This document shows positions 1 through 14,233 of a stretch of DNA of 63,859 bases, one piece after another. The stretch's first letter is position 1. The number at the start of each line of letters is the position of its first letter. This DNA is from Octopus bimaculoides (taxonomy: Eukaryota), in contig NC_068987.1 in assembly GCF_001194135.2 (NCBI RefSeq), forward strand, positions 88,662,235 through 88,726,093, read 5' to 3'. The notes beneath the pieces are model-generated. The model searched no databases. It was not told where the DNA came from and saw nothing but the letters and a program-made list of their open reading frames with translations. The translations under genes and the position numbers were made by a program.

Positions 1-861
1 GTTTCCATAGAGTTTTCCAAACTCACTAACTCACTCAGAAGACATCGGTTGGCCCGAAGCTATAGTAGAAGATACTGGCTCAAGTTACTGCGCGCAGTGG
101 AACTGATCTCGAAACCTTGTGGTCTAAAAAGGCAGCTTCTTAACCACCCAGCCAAACCTGTGCCATCCCTGCTTTGTTTTTGTCTTTTTAAAACCAATAT
201 TATGAGTTGAAGGGAATTTAGCTTCTGTTTCTTAAAAAGTCCAAAGAACCACTCAGAAAAATTTCTCGCTCGCTCACTCACTTTTTAATAATTTCATCTC
301 CTCGAAGCAGATTCCAGTCACCAACACAATTCACTGCTCACAGATTATTACATCTGTTCGATTAAGTTATACATCGTTCATCACGTTGTACAAAAAAGCC
401 TGTGAGATGCCTGTCATTGAGCTTTTAATCAAACTGGTAGTTTTACAGCGAAACTAACTGTACGGAGGTCATTTCTATTTCGCTACCTTTCAGTCATATA
501 CACTGTTAGTGACAGGCGTTATGAACTCGTTCATGGAAAACGTTTAAACGGAACTAAATTTAAACTTCCTGAAAACATTTCTGTCATGTTCGAAAAGTGA
601 CAGTAATGAAATATTTCATTTATTGCTTAGTTTTATAGTTATATGGGAGTTGTATGGCTTATAAATTATATGGAAGATGCATGGCTGTAGAATTGTAAGT
701 CAGGCGCACTCGTTTGTTAAGTGGTTAAAGTTATGCTTCGGAATGAAATATTGGAAAAGAATTGCCTTTTTTTTTTGTTTTTGAAATTTCATATTAGAAT
801 AAATATCTAGAAAACCTCCTTCAATTAATGTGATTGGAAAAGGCAACGATTAACATGCAAC

Positions 862-900
<39 letters not shown>

Positions 901-1762
901 GGGAGAATAAGGAAGACAGACAGACAGACAGACAGACAGACGGAGAGGGAGAAAGAAAGAGAGAAAGGGAGAAATAAGTGGTGAAACAGAAGGGGTCCAA
1001 TGTACCGTGTGCTGCCATTAACAAGCCTTACCCAAACCGAATTCTAACGTACAACCACAAATTCACAGGAATCACATACATGTATGGTATCATCTGGTGG
1101 ATTCAATACATCTAATTATTAGTTAGTCTACCAAATATAAAGAATCTGAAATTCTATGATACTGCGTTGTTTTCGAAATTCTGGTAATAAATAATATTTA
1201 TCGTCGACTTCATAAAGTAAAGCAACAGAAACGGTAAAAACTGGAACACAATGACAGGGGATAACAATTGAATCTCTGGAGAAAAGCCATTTTCGCTAGC
1301 TCTGCGAATCAGCAGCGAACCACAGATTGACAATCCGATTGCGGAAAGTTTATAAGTATCTTAAAATCCTTGGAAATATATCTTACTCTGGGGAAACAAA
1401 GAATATTTTTCTCCAAATCTCAATTCGGATTTTGAATGAATAAAATCAGTAAGAAATGTGTACACGCAATATCTCCATTGACCAGAAACTGATGAGTAAT
1501 GAGGGGGGGGGGATCAACAAATTGACCCAAAATAGCTATTTTTCATGAAACAAGTTTAACCCCCTACTTACTTGCAGACAGAAGAATTTAGGAAACAGGG
1601 AAATTGCAAACCTCGGTTTAAAGAAACGAATAACAAAATAAATAAATAGCCACATATTATTGGAGAAGAGGGGGAAATATTATTAGTTTATTCATTTGTG
1701 TGAAGGTTATTATTTACCTTCCTCAGTTTGTCGTGACTTACCAGCTTTACATGGACGTTTGT

Positions 1763-1829
<67 letters not shown>

Positions 1830-2759
1830 CGTCACTTATGAGGCTCTCATAAGTGCTACTGGTAACATGGAATCCAGTACAACATGTTGCATGGTCGGGT
1901 TGTCAGCGATTAAATCACAACCCCACCAGGATTAAAAACAAAACCTGTTGAAAGATCGGATGAACTTAGTGCAGGCTCAACAGCTATCTAGCAATAGCAC
2001 GAGTGCGCAGAAATTCCGGAATGGTGTCCGGCGTGCTGAAAGACCACTGGGAGTGAGGTACCCCTCAGCTTCTGTTGAAGCGTGTGTCTAGAGGAAGGTC
2101 ACTCTGATACCAAATATGCAGGGAATGCCATTGGACATTTTGGGGATCTTTGGTTTGTGCTAGAGATCATGGCGCTCCTACATCCCTGAGCCTGCGACTC
2201 ATATTGGCACCAGACATCTTACTCTGGCTTGTCTCTGGATAATGTCAATAAAGTGGAGAGAGTCTATGACGTGACGTGCAAGCCTTATTGGGCCTAAAAC
2301 TCTGCACAGGCATTACTGACTTCTACTCGATACGTGCTGCTTTTTCCCCCTATATATATTTATTTTATTTTTACAGTATACATGTATCTTTAGTTTTAGT
2401 ATATATTTATCTATTTATTTATTTTTAGTATATTTTTATTTTATTTTTATTCGGAAGTCCTGCGGCGATGGGAAGGTGGTGAAGCATGCAGACCTGACGG
2501 GTTGGAAGCATGTAGTCAGCGACATGCACGTAGGCGGCCCATGCTAGATATAAAGTCGTCTCCTTGTCGCCCAAGACAGCGGTAGGATTCGGATGCTGCG
2601 TGGGTGTCTGAGCTGCTCTATTTGGAGAAGGCACTGCTCACTCGGAGGCCGGGGAGGTTCTAGAAAAGGTGAATCAAAAATTGCCTGTCTTTCTATATCT
2701 GGTCAGTTTAGCGCGACTGGCGGATGTTCATCCTGCGCTCGAAAAACAAAGAGACTTTT

Positions 2760-3910
2760 ATTTACAAAAAATCTGGATGGAACTCGAACATTTCATGTTG
2801 GAATGTGCGCACTCTGTTGGATAACAAGAGTGATTGTAGGCCTGAAAGACGCACTGCACTTGTTGCTCGGGAGCTGAACCGCTATAATATTGATATAACA
2901 GCACTTTCAGAGGCTCGTACAGAAGGTGATGATCAGCTGGAGGAAGTAGGAGGTGGATACACTTTTTTGGAAGAGGAGGCAAAAAGGGGAGCGTAGAGAG
3001 GCTGACGTTTGCTTTGCCGTTCGATCTGACATCCTTAAGAAGTTGTAGGAGCTTCCTGTTCCTATAAATGAACGTCTAATGATTCTACGATTACACCTGA
3101 AAGGTGGGCGGTTCGCTACTCTAGTAAGTGCCTATGCACCTACTTTAACTAGTTGTGATGAAGATAAAACTATTTTTATACCCAACTGGGAGCCATACTT
3201 AGGAAAATCCACAATTCCGATAAAGTCATTCTACTGGGGGATTTCAATGTCAGGGTTGGAACAGACTGGTAAACATGGAACTCTTTAGGACGTTTTGGTG
3301 TAGGGAAAATGAATAGTAATGATCTCATGCTGCTGGAGCTTTGCAATGAACACAGACTTTACTTCGCAAGCACTCATTTTGTTGCACAAAGGTGATCACA
3401 CAACAACATGGATGCATCCAATGTCCAAAGTTTGGCACTTGCTGGATTATGTCATCATCTGCACGAGTGACATCTATGACGTTTGTAATGTCAAGTCCTT
3501 TCATGGATTGGAATGCTGGACAGACCACAGTCTGGTGCGAGCAAAGTTCCGGATGATGATTAGAGTGAGAGAGAGAAGCAGGCCAGTTGGCATTCCTTGG
3601 CGTCCTAATATCCACAAGATATATGCTGTGTTGAGGAAAGAGCTCCGAACCTGCTTGTCCAGCATTGAAAATACTACAGTATGGGAAGATTTTCGATACC
3701 AGGTTCTTCAATGTGCTGCTGAAACACTGGGATATGCTACAGCCAGACACAGACAACAGAGACTGGTTTGATGAAAATGATGCTGAAGTTCAGCGACTGT
3801 TGGTTGTAAAGCACCATGCCCACAATGTATTCCTGCACAGAGGATTTTCAGTTGTGCAGCGAAATCTAGCACTTGTCCACTATAGCAGTGTAAAATCACT
3901 ACTGCAGCGA
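2760..3910 (+). mobile_element. Degenerate RTE-clade LINE, 5' apurinic endonuclease region
   Basis: Frameshifted pieces WNVRTLLD..RPERRTALVARELNRYNIDITALSE, TLVSAYAPT, VILLGDFNVRVG, TWMHPMSKVWHLLDYVI, WTDHSLV: the APE domain motifs of RTE/BovB-like elements. Confidence 0.9.
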
Positions 3911-4093
3911 TCTCTCACGAAGATGCCAAGCAGTACAGCATGTTGTTTCCAAATTTCTCGCAGAGTAAATTGCATCATGGTGCTGTTTTCCTCACAGACG
4001 GTGCCCAACTGACCCTATTATATTGTGTAGTCGCATGCACGAAATTAAGAATATAAAATGGCGATTATTTACCCATTGCACCCTGTATATATG

Positions 4094-4138
<45 letters not shown>

Positions 4139-7100
4139 TCATATATATATATATATATATATACCTGGCACTCTGTCGGTTACGACGACGAGGGTTCCAG
4201 TTGATCTGATCAACAGAGACGTCTGCTCGTGAAATAGCGTGTACATAGCTGAGTACTCCACAGACACGTGTACCCCTCACGTACTTCTCAGGGAGATTCA
4301 GCGTGACACAGAATGTGACAAAATTGGCCCTTTGAAATACAGGTAGAACTCATTTTTGCCAGCTGAGTGAACTGGAGCAACGTGAAATAAAGTGTCTTGC
4401 TCAAGGACACAACGCATCGCTTGGAATCGAACTCACAACTTTTTGATCGTGAGCTGAAGATCCTAATCACTAAACCACGCACCGTCACACACACGTATGT
4501 ATGTATGTATTTATTTATTTATATTTTGAGGTAAAAATTAGGCCAAATACGGTTTATAAATTCGGTGAGTTGAGGTATAACGTAGTACTATATATTCTTT
4601 TCTTTTCTACTCTAGGCACAAGGATCGAAATTTGGGGAGGAGGGACCCAGTCGATTAGAAAGACTCCAGTACGCAACTGGTACTTAATTTATCAATCCCG
4701 AAAGGATGAAAGGCAAAGCCGACCTCGGTGGAATTTGAACTCAGAATGTAAAGATTGCAATTAAAATAGATTTGTTCTCTACACTGCAATATGCACTTCC
4801 ATGTTTTGCAAAGTTGCAAAATCAATTCTATGAATAAAAGCAAAAACTGAAAATTTTCAATTGTTTGCAAAGGAATTGGCTGAAAGGTTATTTTGAATCC
4901 CGCTTTAATAAGCAGAAGTATTCAGNNNNNNNNNNNNNNNNNNNNNNNNNNNNNNNNNNNNNNNNNNNNNNNNNNNNNNNNNNNNNNNNNNNNNNNNNNN
5001 NNNNNNNNNNNNNNNNNNNNNNNNNNNNNNNNNNNNNNNNNNNNNNNNNNNNNNNNNNNNNNNNNNNNNNNNNNNNNNNNNNNNNNNNNNNNNNNNNNNN
5101 NNNNNNNNNNNNNNNNNNNNNNNNNNNNNNNNNNNNNNNNNNNNNNNNNNNNNNNNNNNNNNNNNNNNNNNNNNNNNNNNNNNNNNNNNNNNNNNNNNNN
5201 NNNNNNNNNNNNNNNNNNNNNNNNNNNNNNNNNNNNNNNNNNNNNNNNNNNNNNNNNNNNNNNNNNNNNNNNNNNNNNNNNNNNNNNNNNNNNNNNNNNN
5301 NNNNNNNNNNNNNNNNNNNNNNNNNNNNNNNNNNNNNNNNNNNNNNNNNNNNNNNNNNNNNNNNNNNNNNNNNNNNNNNNNNNNNNNNNNNNNNNNNNNN
5401 NNNNNNNNNNNNNNNNNNNNNNNNNNNNNNNNNNNNNNNNNNNNNNNNNNNNNNNNNNNNNNNNNNNNNNNNNNNNNNNNNNNNNNNNNNNNNNNNNNNN
5501 NNNNNNNNNNNNNNNNNNNNNNNNNNNNNNNNNNNNNNNNNNNNATATATATATATATATAATCTTTAAGTCCCTCATAAGCACACATTGAACTCTGGCA
5601 TGTAGACAAACTGGCTTCCCTGCCTTTTCTACCGCAGCTGCCGCGGTCCCTTCACTTTCTAGATTTTAGATGTCACACAAACCTCATCTTCCTTTACGCA
5701 TTTTGTCTCTTCAGGCGTCGCATTGATTACAGGCATCGCACGGATTACAACACCATGCTATTTTCAATCATAACCCCCGATTTCTGGTATTTCTTTCCTA
5801 CACATATTTTTCCCTACAACCGGTGAATTGAAACTAGCCAAAACGACGTTGACGTCATCAAGTCCACGTACGATGGAAAAAGATAGGCCTTTTCCATACA
5901 AAACCAGTATAAGAAAAATATATGATGGGATTCCTTTCATTAGCAAAAGAAAATCTGCTGCATTATTACGTCCAGTTTTATACAAATTTTAAATTTATAT
6001 TTCGAATGAATATATTAACCACTGCTATATTTCGCCTTCGGCGAACACTTTCTCCCTTGGGTCCTTTACGCCGACAACACATTAGGTTCAGTGACGTAAG
6101 AGGACTCTGAGACACCGATGTTTCAACCTAGCTTTTCTCTTTAGTCAAAACTACTCCCATCCTGACCACTGAATCTTGTTTATAAGATTTCAGCAAAGAA
6201 AATGTTTACGGCTACTTACTAATACCTTCCAGGTTGATAATAAAATATCGTGAGCAGATGAAATTACAAGAACCAAGACGATGATATGCGTATTTATTAT
6301 TAAAGTTATTATCAAAAATATGAAAGAATAACAAGAAAAAAGAAAGAAAAAGAGACAAATATTAACAGAATTCTATTTTAATGAGATGAAGGAAAACGCT
6401 TGGATACAACAGGTGTTGGTAACACCAGGCTAGAGAAATGAATTCAAACATTCGCTAATCGAACGCTGTTGAATTATTTATTCTAGAGACATAAAACTTT
6501 CATACATATGATGTTTTAATCAGAACGCTGTAACAGGAAAAGTTGTACATACAGACGATATACTACCACCAACACAAGCGGTCAATCATGGCATATATGT
6601 ATATATNNNNNNNNNNNNNNNNNNNNNNNNNNNNNNNNNNNNNNNNNNNNNNNNNNNNNNNNNNNNNNNNNNNNNNNNNNNNNNNNNNNNNNNNNNNNNN
6701 NNNNNNNNNNNNNNNNNNNNNNNNNNNNNNNNNNNNNNNNNNNNNNNNNNNNNNNNNNNNNNNNNNNNNNNNNNNNNNNNNNNNNNNNNNNNNNNNNNNN
6801 NNNNNNNNNNNNNNNNNNNNNNNNNNNNNNNNNNNNNNNNNNNNNNNNNNNNNNNNNNNNNNNNNNNNNNNNNNNNNNNNNNNNNNNNNNNNNNNNNNNN
6901 NNNNNNNNNNNNNNNNNNNNNNNNNNNNNNNNNNNNNNNNNNNNNNNNNNNNNNNNNNNNNNNNNNNNNNNNNNNNNNNNNNNNNNNNNNNNNNNNNNNN
7001 NNNNNNNNNNNNNNNNNNNNNNNNNNNNNNNNNNNNNNNNNNNNNNNNGCACACACACACACACGAATATAATTGTTGGATATGACATTTACTTCAATTC

Positions 7101-7194
7101 TCTCTTAATCCGTGTTTGCCTATAAGGCAAACTCGAAACATCGATGGATTATAAGAAATGTCATTCGCCTCATGGAAAAAAATTGAAGGTGTAG

Positions 7195-7630
7195 GCGTGG
7201 ATGTGTGGTAAGAGGCTTACTTCCCAACCACATGGTCCCAGGTTCAGTCTCACTGCGTGGCAGCTTGGGTAGGTGTCTTCTACTATAGCCTTGGGCCGAC
7301 CAAAACTTTGTGAGTGGATTTGGTAGACGGAAACTGAGGGAAGCATGTGTATATGTGTGTGTCTCTGTGTCTTTATGTCTGTTTTTGTCCACCACCACCG
7401 CTTGACAACCGGTGATGGTGTGTTTACGACCCGGTAAATTAGCGGTTCGGCATAAGTGAACGATAGAATAAGTACTAGGCTTAAAATAAAAATAAGTACT
7501 GGGGTTGTTTTCGTTCGACTAAAAATTCTTTAAGGCCGCAATCTAATGACCACCATGGCCGCAGTATAATGACCATCATGGCCGCAGTCTAATGGCCATC
7601 ATGGCTGCAGTCTAACAACGGAAAATTTTA
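7195..7630 (+). mobile_element. tRNA-derived SINE family C (GCGTGG.TGTGTGGTAAGA..GGTTCAGTCCCACTGCGTGGCA, internal (GT)n)
   Basis: Similar copies at about 10950-11160(-), 12545-13260(-), 22355-22740(-), 39345-39730(+), 48600-49005(+), 49320-49760(-), 53605-53950(+). Shared tail CAGCATGGCCGCAGTC.AATGACTGAAAC. Confidence 0.85.
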
Positions 7631-8466
7631 ATAAATAAAACATAAATAAAATAAATGAACGTAGTTCTCAAGGAGATTCAGCGTGACACAAAGTGTGGTA
7701 AGGCTGGCCCTTCGAAATACTACTCAGTTTTGTCAGCTGAGTAGACTGGAGAAACGTGAGGTAAAGTGTCTTGTTCAAGGACACAACGCGTCGCCGGGAA
7801 TTGAACTCACTACCTTACGATCATGAGCTTAATGCCCTAACCACTAAGCCACGCACCTTCGCATATATACACACACAGTATCACATAGACATATTCACAT
7901 TCATAACCATATATATATATAACTATATATCTGTATGTGTGTTTGTACTTGATGTAACTACGCTTGTCTGAGTGTGTCTTTTATGAATACGTACGTATTT
8001 CGATATCTATTTCAATTTTATTTCCTTTTTTTGTTCCTTATACTATTTCTTTATCTACAACTATAATATATTTTTGTAATGCTTCTTGTAGACATGGTGA
8101 TAGAGATGCAGACTTCTAGCATCAGATAAGTGTCAGCTAATCTATCCAGCCTTTTCCATTGCGGAATATGTCTGTGAATAAGATTAGTTAACACTCCACA
8201 GCCAAGTTTTCCTATCAGTACCTCGGTAACACAGACTGGTATAGGTATGTGCTGTAAGCATTGCTAGTATTAGTGAAGAGTCAAATATTTCTTCCGTTTA
8301 TCGTTTGTGGTGTGATCAAATGAAATACATGCCACCCGTGTTTGGCTCCAGGTAAAGTCTATTTGAGTAAACTAATGATCAAACGAGTTTTTTATGCCCT
8401 TCATTAATCTTAGTGTGGCGATATCATATTTTGATAAACGAAAAGCACAAGAGCGGCAACTTTTTC

Positions 8467-8478
8467 TTGTTGTTGTAG

Positions 8479-8513
<35 letters not shown>

Positions 8514-8608
8514 CTTCTTCTTCTTCTTCTTCTTCTTCTTCTTCTTCTTCTTCTTCTTCTTCTTCTTCTTCTTCTTCTTCTTCTCTCCTCTCTCTCTCTC
8601 TCTCTCTC
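8467..8608. repeat. Compound microsatellite (GTT)n(CTT)n(CT)n, one example of dozens of (GT)n, (AT)n, (ATAC)n, (GATA)n and (AAT)n tracts
   Basis: Directly visible. Most N-gaps are bordered by such tracts, and most ORF-track entries translate them. Confidence 0.95.
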
Positions 8609-9889
8609 ATCTATCTTCCTTTCTCTCCGATGAATACTGTCAGTAGCGACTAAAAACTNNNNNNNNNNNNNNNNNNNNNNNNNNNNNNNNNNNNNNNNNN
8701 NNNNNNNNNNNNNNNNNNNNNNNNNNNNNNNNNNNNNNNNNNNNNNNNNNNNNNNNNNNNNNNNNNNNNNNNNNNNNNNNNNNNNNNNNNNNNNNNNNNN
8801 NNNNNNNNNNNNNNNNNNNNNNNNNNNNNNNNNNNNNNNNNNNNNNNNNNNNNNNNNNNNNNNNNNNNNNNNNNNNNNNNNNNNNNNNNNNNNNNNNNNN
8901 NNNNNNNNNNNNNNNNNNNNNNNNNNNNNNNNNNNNNNNNNNNNNNNNNNNNNNNNNNNNNNNNNNNNNNNNNNNNNNNNNNNNNNNNNNNNNNNNNNNN
9001 NNNNNNNNNNNNNNNNNNNNNNNNNNNNNNNNATATATATATATATATATATATAAATGTGTGTGTGTGTGTGTGTATTAAGGAGAATCTCAAATAGGTT
9101 AAACAATGTATATACACATATATTGTGCCTAGGATCGATGTAGTTTTTAAATATACCAATGTAGCAGTCATTAAAATATTACTATATATTAAAAATCTAT
9201 GAATACATAAATATATAAAAAATTAATATAGCATGGCCGCAGTCAAATGACTGAAACAAGTAAAAGAGTATATATAAATAGATGAGTGAAATTAGTTTAT
9301 AAAAGTGTAGAAGTATAAAAGTATAGACGTATAAAAATATATTTAGAATTGCAGTTATATTAAAAGGCGTTGTAGAAAATAATTTAAGAATAAAAAAAAT
9401 ATGCTTCTACAAAAAGGTGAACAGAATAATGTCTTCCGAAATGAGCGAACACAGAAACATCGTAGCGTTGAGATTGGGTTTTCAAAAAACATATGTAAAT
9501 AATCCAAGAGAATAAGTAATTCTGTTCTTCTTCACATCTTTTGATACCATTACGTTTCGGGTTTTTATTTCAGCACTTCTAACTACTGCCTATATAATAA
9601 ATAAAGTAATTTTACGATCTTGATAATATTCTAGGGATGTTTGTTTGTAACTGAAGTATCTCAGAAATAGTATATTTTATCTTAATTATTTTGCATATTT
9701 ATTTGTATACTTACCTTCGGCAGTGCAGTACAAATTTTTGTGACATTTGAACCTCTATTTAAACGATTAAACACATTTTTTGTTATTTCTTGATGAAAAA
9801 AGTACATGGCTCTCATGACGTCACCACACATGCACACATTCAGAATACACACGTATATAATGAATGCCATGGCGTGTCAATCAACACAA

Positions 9890-10715
9890 GGATACGTTCA
9901 CTATCTGCGACATATGCAGTACAGCAGAGCCAACAGGGCCAGTGAACGACGTGGGAAAGAAGTCCACTCCAGAAGTGTCTCAGCTGGAATGACTTGTGAC
10001 ATATGGCACCTCTTAGAATAAGTTTTATCCACAGATCTGTCAATGATATGCTGCCTTCAAACGTATACTTACTGAAGAGAGGAAATTCAAATAATCTTGA
10101 GTGCCCACTCTGCCAGGGTAGGCAGAAACGGAACATTCTGTTGAGTAGCATTCGCCCAAGATACATTGGTGGCACGATTGTACACGCGATATGCGCGGCA
10201 AGATTTAAAACAGAACCTCCAGCGGGAGGCAGCAAACGTAGATAAGAACAGCTATGCCATACGGGGTTGGGCGGGAATGGAGTCTTGTGGGTGGTGCGGA
10301 TGATGGTGAATGCTCAGCAGATCTCCCAGGATCAACAAAACAACCAGAAATCATGAGGAAGAGTGACTTGAGGCCAGATATCCTACTCCATTCCAATTCA
10401 TCAAAGGAACGGATTTTCATTGAACTCACCATAATGCTTGCAAGTAGAATAGAAGAAGCACACGTGTTCAAGATCGAAAACCACCCCTGTCTGGCCAACA
10501 GCTTGAGAGAAGCAAACAGCCCGATCAAGTTCCTCGCCATAGAAAATGGAGCCAGGGTTTTTGGGAGCAAAGTTGCTTACCATCTAATGAACTAACTCTC
10601 AGTCGCTGAGAAAATTGGAAGAACAAGACGAAGGCCTTAAGGCAATATCAGAGACAGCGGAGAGTTTTTCCAGCTGCATCTGGAGGAGGAGGAGGAGGAG
10701 GAGGAGGAGGAGGAG
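9890..10715 (+). mobile_element. 5'-truncated, decayed HERO-like non-LTR retrotransposon (CCHC finger + restriction-like endonuclease)
   Basis: AVQQSQQGQ*TTW..SWNDL*HMAPLRISF..RSVNDMLPSN, CPLCQGRQ, RPDILL..IFIELT..RIEEAH, ISETAESFSSCIWRRR; ends in (GGA)n. Confidence 0.8.
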
Positions 10716-11289
10716 AATCAACCTCCATATTTTCGTATTTTAACGCTAAAGGAAGTAACTCCGATGTCCAAAAGGCCAAAATCTTCCGACAGAAAAACAC
10801 CCAGGAGTCTTGACCTGGACGCTGCTCGGCCCCCTTAGAGTGTAAGAAGTTAAGGTCCGAAACACTTGCCTGAGAGAGGTTCCTTTTCTGAAGACCCTCT
10901 GCTATTCAATTCTCTTGAGAGTTCCTTACTTTAATATATCTTTTACGGTCTGCTTCTTTCAGTCATTGGCCAGCAGCTATACTGGGGCACTGCCTTGTGA
11001 GGTTGAGTCGAAGAAATCAACAACAGTACCTATATTCTTCAAGTCTGGTATTTGTTGAATCGGTCTCTTTTGTCAAGCTGCTAAGTTTCAGGGACGTAAA
11101 CCAATCAAAACCGCTTGTCAAGGCTAGTCGGGGAACAAGGACAGACAGACACGCACATAAGTATACATACATACATACACACGTGCGTACATACACACAT
11201 ATATATATACACACATATATAGCATATGTATGTATCTGTATACAAATGAATATAGATAAACAGATAGATAGATAAATAGATAGACAGAC

Positions 11290-11346
<57 letters not shown>

Positions 11347-12716
11347 TTTTGTACTGATGTCTATAACAGTTATTACGAACAAAGGAATGCTAAGAATCAA
11401 AGTTGTAGATAAATTAATGAATTTGATCGAATAGATAAAGCTAATATATTATATTGGGTTATATTTACAGATTAAAGCATCTCATTACTCCGAGTTTCAT
11501 GTCTCTATTCTTCAACAACCTCAGACGGGGCTCATTTTATGTGTGCGTTGCTTGAGTGCTTTTCTGTTTGTATGTGTTTGTATGTGTGTATGATAATAGT
11601 GACGTCTATAAAATAATCTCTGGATATTTCGTGTTTGTAGACAAATATTTTAATGTCAATATTTATGAGGAAAAATATCAACACCATGGATACTAACGGT
11701 GATTTATGTCGGCAAATATATTTATTATTGATAGGGTGTAAAGTCTTCTTGCGTGTCATTGGCCTGTATATACGTACGTACATGTTGTTATTATGTTAAA
11801 CTGTCGTGTGTCCAAATTTGGCCAAATGCCGTTTTTTTTTATTTTTTAATATTTAGTTTGCTTTCAATAGACGGTTCTTTTGGTCAAACTATCGTATTTC
11901 CAGCTGCTTCAGATAAAAATTGTCTAAGTGTGGTATAAAGGTTTAGCATTTTTTCAAAAGTGTAGTAAGTCCCACATAAGACAGTTTTGCAAAAATATTT
12001 CTGACTGAAAATATCATACATGCATGGAGTTACGATTTTCTGCACCCAACAAAGTATTATTGTTAAGCTGAAACTGTTGTTAATGTAAAAAATAGAATGG
12101 GGAAACTATTTTTCCGTTTTCTAAAAGAGCAACGTTTTGGACTTACGATACTTTTGCATAATAGCAACGATATATGTGTGTGTGTGTGTGTGTCTAGGAA
12201 TAACAGTTCTTCATAGTGTATAGTAAAATATTAATAATGGTAGAATAATAAGGCCTAAGTCATGGAAAAATCCTTATTTATTCATAAGCTATGTAAAGGT
12301 TTGACTTTTCCAAAGGAAATGAATGAAATACCTCTGTACACGTTTCTTCGCGTGCGAGTCTATATATATTTGCGTGTGTATATATGCCTCTTTGTATTTT
12401 CTGTGTGCGTGTAAGTGTGCGTGTAGGTGTGTTTTTGTCTAAATGTACATACGCATGCGCACGTATTGCTTCCTATATCCTGCTACAATTATTTCCAAAC
12501 TTTAGTTGTAATCGACTAAAAGTGTTTTATATACTCTAATTTCATTTATTCTTTTTGACTGCAGCCATGCTGGAGCACCGCCTCTACTCGAATAGATCGA
12601 CACCGAGACTTATTCTTTGTAAGCCTAGTACTTATTCTATCGGTCTCTTTTGTCGAACCGTTAAGTTACGGGGACGTAAACACACAACACCAATTGTCAA
12701 GCGATGGTGGGGCACA

Positions 12717-12772
<56 letters not shown>

Positions 12773-14148
12773 NNNNNNNNNNNNNNNNNNNNNNNNNNNN
12801 NNNNNNNNNNNNNNNNNNNNNNNNNNNNNNNNNNNNNNNNNNNNNNNNNNNNNNNNNNNNNNNNNNNNNNNNNNNNNNNNNNNNNNNNNNNNNNNNNNNN
12901 NNNNNNNNNNNNNNNNNNNNNNNNNNNNNNNNNNNNNNNNNNNNNNNNNNNNNNNNNNNNNNNNNNNNNNNNNNNNNNNNNNNNNNNNNNNNNNNNNNNN
13001 NNNNNNNNNNNNNNNNNNNNNNNNNNNNNNNNNNNNNNNNNNNNNNNNNNNNNNNNNNNNNNNNNNNNNNNNNNNNNNNNNNNNNNNNNNNNNNNNNNNN
13101 NNNNNNNNNNNNNNNNNNNNNNNNNNNNNNNNNNNNNNNNNNNNNNNNNNNNNNNNNNNNNNNNNNNNNNNNNNNNNNGCCATGGTGCCACGCAGTGGGT
13201 CTGAACCCGGAACTATGTGTTGGCAAGCAAGCTACTTACCACACAGGTATTCCGGCGCCTACGTATTCACTATTGCGACATAAGATAGTTTAAAAAAAAA
13301 AGACCAATTGCTCATAGACGAGTTGACTGCTACAACCAGATACACGTCAGTTATTATCTCCCTTGTCCTTTCCTCACGCTGTATTATTGTTTAAATTGAT
13401 TCGTTCTTGTAGAGGTGCATGGCTTATTGGTTAGCGTGTTAAACTAATGATCTTAAGATTGCGGTTTCCATTCCCGGACAGGGTGATGCGTTGTATCCTT
13501 GAGCAAGACACTTTATTTCATGCTGCTCCAGTCCAGTCAGCTGGCAGCAATAATTTGTACCTGCATTTCAAAGGACCGACCTTGTCCCATTGTGTGTCAC
13601 GCTGAACCTTCCTGAGTGTTCAGCCAGTTGCACGTTAATCTCACGAGCAGGTTGTTCCTTTGATTGGATCAGGTGAAGCACTTGTCGTCGTCGTTGTCGT
13701 AACCAACGGAGTACCAGTCCACTTGGCTTGCAAAAGTTGGTAATATGGTGAAGTCGCGACAGACCTAGCAAACCAGCAATGGATCATGAACCTGCCTGTA
13801 TAAACAAATAGAAGGGTACTTTTGGACTGATGGGCACGGGCCTCCTCTAGTTTGGGGAGTTACCTTTAATTAGCTCCCAACGTCCAAGACTACTTATCAA
13901 CGTAGGTACCACAAGCAGGTTGAGTTATTTACTTTAAGCATCAGTAGCTTTGGAATAGAACCGCCATTCCTTCATCTTCAAGTTCTTGATAAGATCAAAA
14001 GAATTAAACATCAAAAGCTGCAGTTTATTTCTAGCTGAGGCTTGGTTGACGAGTTTTATGTACAATTGCGTTTTTGCGTCCTTCGTTTATATCTGGTGTA
14101 CCATACCGCGATAGATGAGTGACACATTTGCTTCTCTGTCTGTCTGTT

Positions 14149-14233
<85 letters not shown>

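Noticed and set aside
4865-5609. Long ORFs in the track containing X runs, and poly-CV/HT/YI/I/N ORFs throughout
   Set aside because: They are translations of N-gaps and microsatellites.
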